Below the pieces are notes generated by a model that had not been told where the DNA came from, did not search any database, and was given only the letters and a program-made list of their open reading frames with translations. The position numbers and the translations under genes were made by a program. From Macrostomum lignano (taxonomy: Eukaryota), in the NCBI GenBank assembly GCA_002269645.1, contig NIVC01000881.1:182414-246413 (forward strand): DNA of 64,000 nt, read 5' to 3'. How positions within the stretch are numbered: the first letter of the stretch is position 1; the number at the start of each line of letters is the position of its first letter. Below, piece by piece: positions 61,546 to 64,000 of the stretch.

Positions 61546-63229
61546 CTATGGCCAGAGGAGGGAACGGTCGCTTAGCTTGAAGATTGCTACAATACGGTTG
61601 GTCAAGAATTGTTTCAGTATACATTCTCCTTTTCCCAGTGTGGCTTCGCCTCGGCCTGAGAAATGCATCTCGGACTTACTTTTTCATAGACATATTTGGA
61701 AAAAGGAGAAAATATTTAACCTACTGAAAGCAAAAGACGTATCAATATCCAGTACAGTTAGTATATGGCACAAGGCTAAAGTTTTATGAATCTAGATGGT
61801 GCAGTCCATCCATACGCATACATAATAGAAACATTTTACCATGGAAGACGACTTAGATCTAGTGTTAAGATATTTTGAAAGTAAAGAATCCGCTGCAACG
61901 AATCCTGCTGCTGGTAGTGATCGGTAGTGATTTTTGAGTGAGTGCTTACAAGACGCTTCTATTTCTTACTATGTTGAACTTCCTGTTGTTGGCTTTTTTC
62001 GTTTACGAGCGTACAATTTTTACATACAACTATAGCAGGACTGAGAACTATTTCTCAGGCCTCGTTTGGGACTGTATCTCTACAATCGATAAATTACCAT
62101 AGAAGTTGTTGTTCCTCGGGATAAGGATGAGACTGGGATAGAGGCGAGAAATGCACTTTCTGTAGGTTAAATTAGCAAGCGATGTCACTGACTGCTCTCA
62201 GCTTGCAAGTTTACATACAAGGATTGTCTATGGCCAAATCGTGGGCAATCGGTGCAACAAGACTGCGCCATTGGATGAATAATAGAACTGGATCGCCAAA
62301 ACCCCAATTTTTTTGGTCCTAGCCATAGACAAGCACCGGCATCACAAGAAGAAGCTCAGAATGCCGTACTTTCCCGTACGAATACGTGTAGCTTTTTAGC
62401 TTTTTACCTCAAGGCCAGATAGAGAACCAACCAAAGCGCATGATTGCGGTCCAGAAAGGGAAGAAACACGTGACGAGAGGAGAGATGAACTAGGAGAGAG
62501 GAGCAGAGGAGACGAGATTCGAAAATGGAGCTGAGAAGAGACGTAAACCTTGAGAGGGCCGGAGTTTGCCGAGCCCTGCCCTAGAGAACGCCCGTTGCTT
62601 GGCGCCTCTTATTTCTAAGAAAACCGAGTGCGATGTAATTAATTTGTTCAATTGGTGCTACAGCGGTCCTGACTTTCTTCTTTCGTCGGGCATGTACACA
62701 CTCCCTGTCGCTTGAGAGTTGACGTATACTAAACCTTCAATTGAAAAATAGCTTGAAAGCAAGCAATACACTTGCAACAATTATCAGTTTAACGACTCTG
62801 CTCTCGTCTTTAAACTCAAAAAAGGCGGCATCTTTCAAGCGAGTTTTATTTTCCGCACCAACGGCAGGAGCCTTCGCCAAAAAATACAATGCTGAAAATT
62901 AATTTGCACTATTCCGAAATTAATATGTATTAATAAAAAAGTTCAAATGGCCGTGCAGTCTCAGCACCAAACGCAAAGACAGTGAATGACTGAAACAACT
63001 TGAAAAATGTATGCAGGTAACAGAGAGCACAAATGCTGCTAAAGCACTGCTGGGTGGCAATTACGTAGGGACATAGAGCATTAGGCAAAATAGTTCTGCA
63101 AATCAGAGTTGCCAACACATTTAGGATAATTAATCAATTTCTTGATTCTAAAATGTGCACAGTAAAATCAGATTGGAACAGCAGAGACGGAATCAACAGA
63201 GCCTTAGGGGATGGCCGGCAACTGAGCAT

Positions 63230-63635
63230 CTGAAAGGGTCAATCTGAGGATCTGACAGGGCGTCAATTTGAGTATCTGACAGGGGGTCAATCTGAGGATC
63301 TGACAGGGGTCAATTTGAGGATCTGATAGCGGGGGTCAATTGAGGATCTGACAGAGGGTCAATTTTGAGGATCTGACAGGGGGTCAATCTGAGGATCTGA
63401 CAGAGGGTCCAATTCTGACGATCTGACAGGGGGGGGTCAATTGAGGATCTGACAGGGGGTCAATTTGAGGATCTGACAGGGGGGTCAATTTGAGGATCTG
63501 ACAGGGAGGTCAAATTTGAGTATTGACAGGGGTCAATCTGAGGATCTGACAGAGGGTCAATCTGACGATCTGACAGGGGGGTCAATTGAGGATCTGACAG
63601 GGGGGTCAATTTGAGAATCTGACAGGGGTCAATCA
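63230..63635. repeat. About 24-27-bp imperfect minisatellite (GAGGATCTGACAGGGGGTCAATTT)n
   Basis: Visible repeat with many homopolymer-length variants. Confidence 0.9.
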
Positions 63636-63699
63636 TTCAGAATCAAATGAGACGAGGACACCAGAGTCTCAGAAAGTCCTAGCGCACTCGATACCCTCG

Positions 63700-64000
63700 T
63701 CAATGCTGCCGAATCGCCGCATTCCCCGAACGCCGATTCCACCGACGCCGGCGCGCCACTAATTGCTTGGCGCGGCGCGTAGAAAATGTGCGCCTGGCGG
63801 GCGGATCTTGCGCCATCTTGGGCTGCCTGACTGCGTAGGCGGCCAGGCCCAACAGAATAGCGGCATAGGACACAAAGTACAGCGGTGAGGTGAAAGCTGT
63901 AGCCAAACAGCTGTAAACGCCGACAAAACAGGGCGTACAGGTCGGCTGTGAGCAGGGACAGGATTGACCAACACTGCGCTGCCAGTTGTCATGGCAACCG
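63700..64000 (-). CDS. SLC35F2: 3' exon of an SLC35F1/F2-like (EamA/DMT) transporter, apparently frameshifted; gene continues beyond the window
   Basis: Piecing minus frames gives AMTTGSAVLVN / LSLLTADLYALF / VGVY / LFGYSF / PLYFVSYAAILLGLAAYAVRQP, matching the remembered SLC35F1/F2 C-terminus (S..SVNL..LTADLYSLF.GLFLF.YKFS.LY.LSF..I..G..LY). F1 versus F2 cannot be resolved; the stop position is uncertain. Confidence 0.65.
   Translation of the reverse strand, partial: GCHDNWQRSVGQSCPCSQPTCTPCFVGVYSCLATAFTSPLYFVSYAAILLGLAAYAVRQPKMAQDPPARRTFSTRRAKQLVARRRRWNRRSGNAAIRQH

Overview
Eukaryotic (metazoan) genomic DNA, not prokaryotic. GC-rich exons are separated by GT-AG introns, most of the longer ones carrying their own 13-36 bp minisatellite. 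This architecture suggests a free-living flatworm such as Macrostomum (inference only, not checked). Genes reconstructed by hand from splice sites and reading phase: the 3' end of a U-box protein; an 8-exon otopetrin proton channel (-); a 14-exon SPEF2 (+) with one probable assembly frameshift; a somatostatin/allatostatin-C/opioid-like peptide GPCR (-); UBE2Z (-); an 11-exon MIEAP/SPATA18 (+); two orphan genes; and a frameshifted 3' exon of an SLC35F1/F2 transporter at the window end. Mobile DNA: Crypton and Tc1/IS630 remnants, a 5'-truncated RTE LINE inserted in a minisatellite, three tRNA-derived SINE copies, two Mutator/Foldback-like MITEs and an internally deleted long-TIR element. Most long ORFs in the supplied track are translations of tandem repeats, not genes. 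I found no clearly novel multi-gene system. The best leads are the intron-private minisatellites (one built from copies of a splice junction), a possible spliced-leader-supplied start codon for the GPCR, a dispersed hairpin family with compensatory stem changes, and an orphan protein with a KH-like domain. Family assignments come from remembered sequence motifs; no database search was run.
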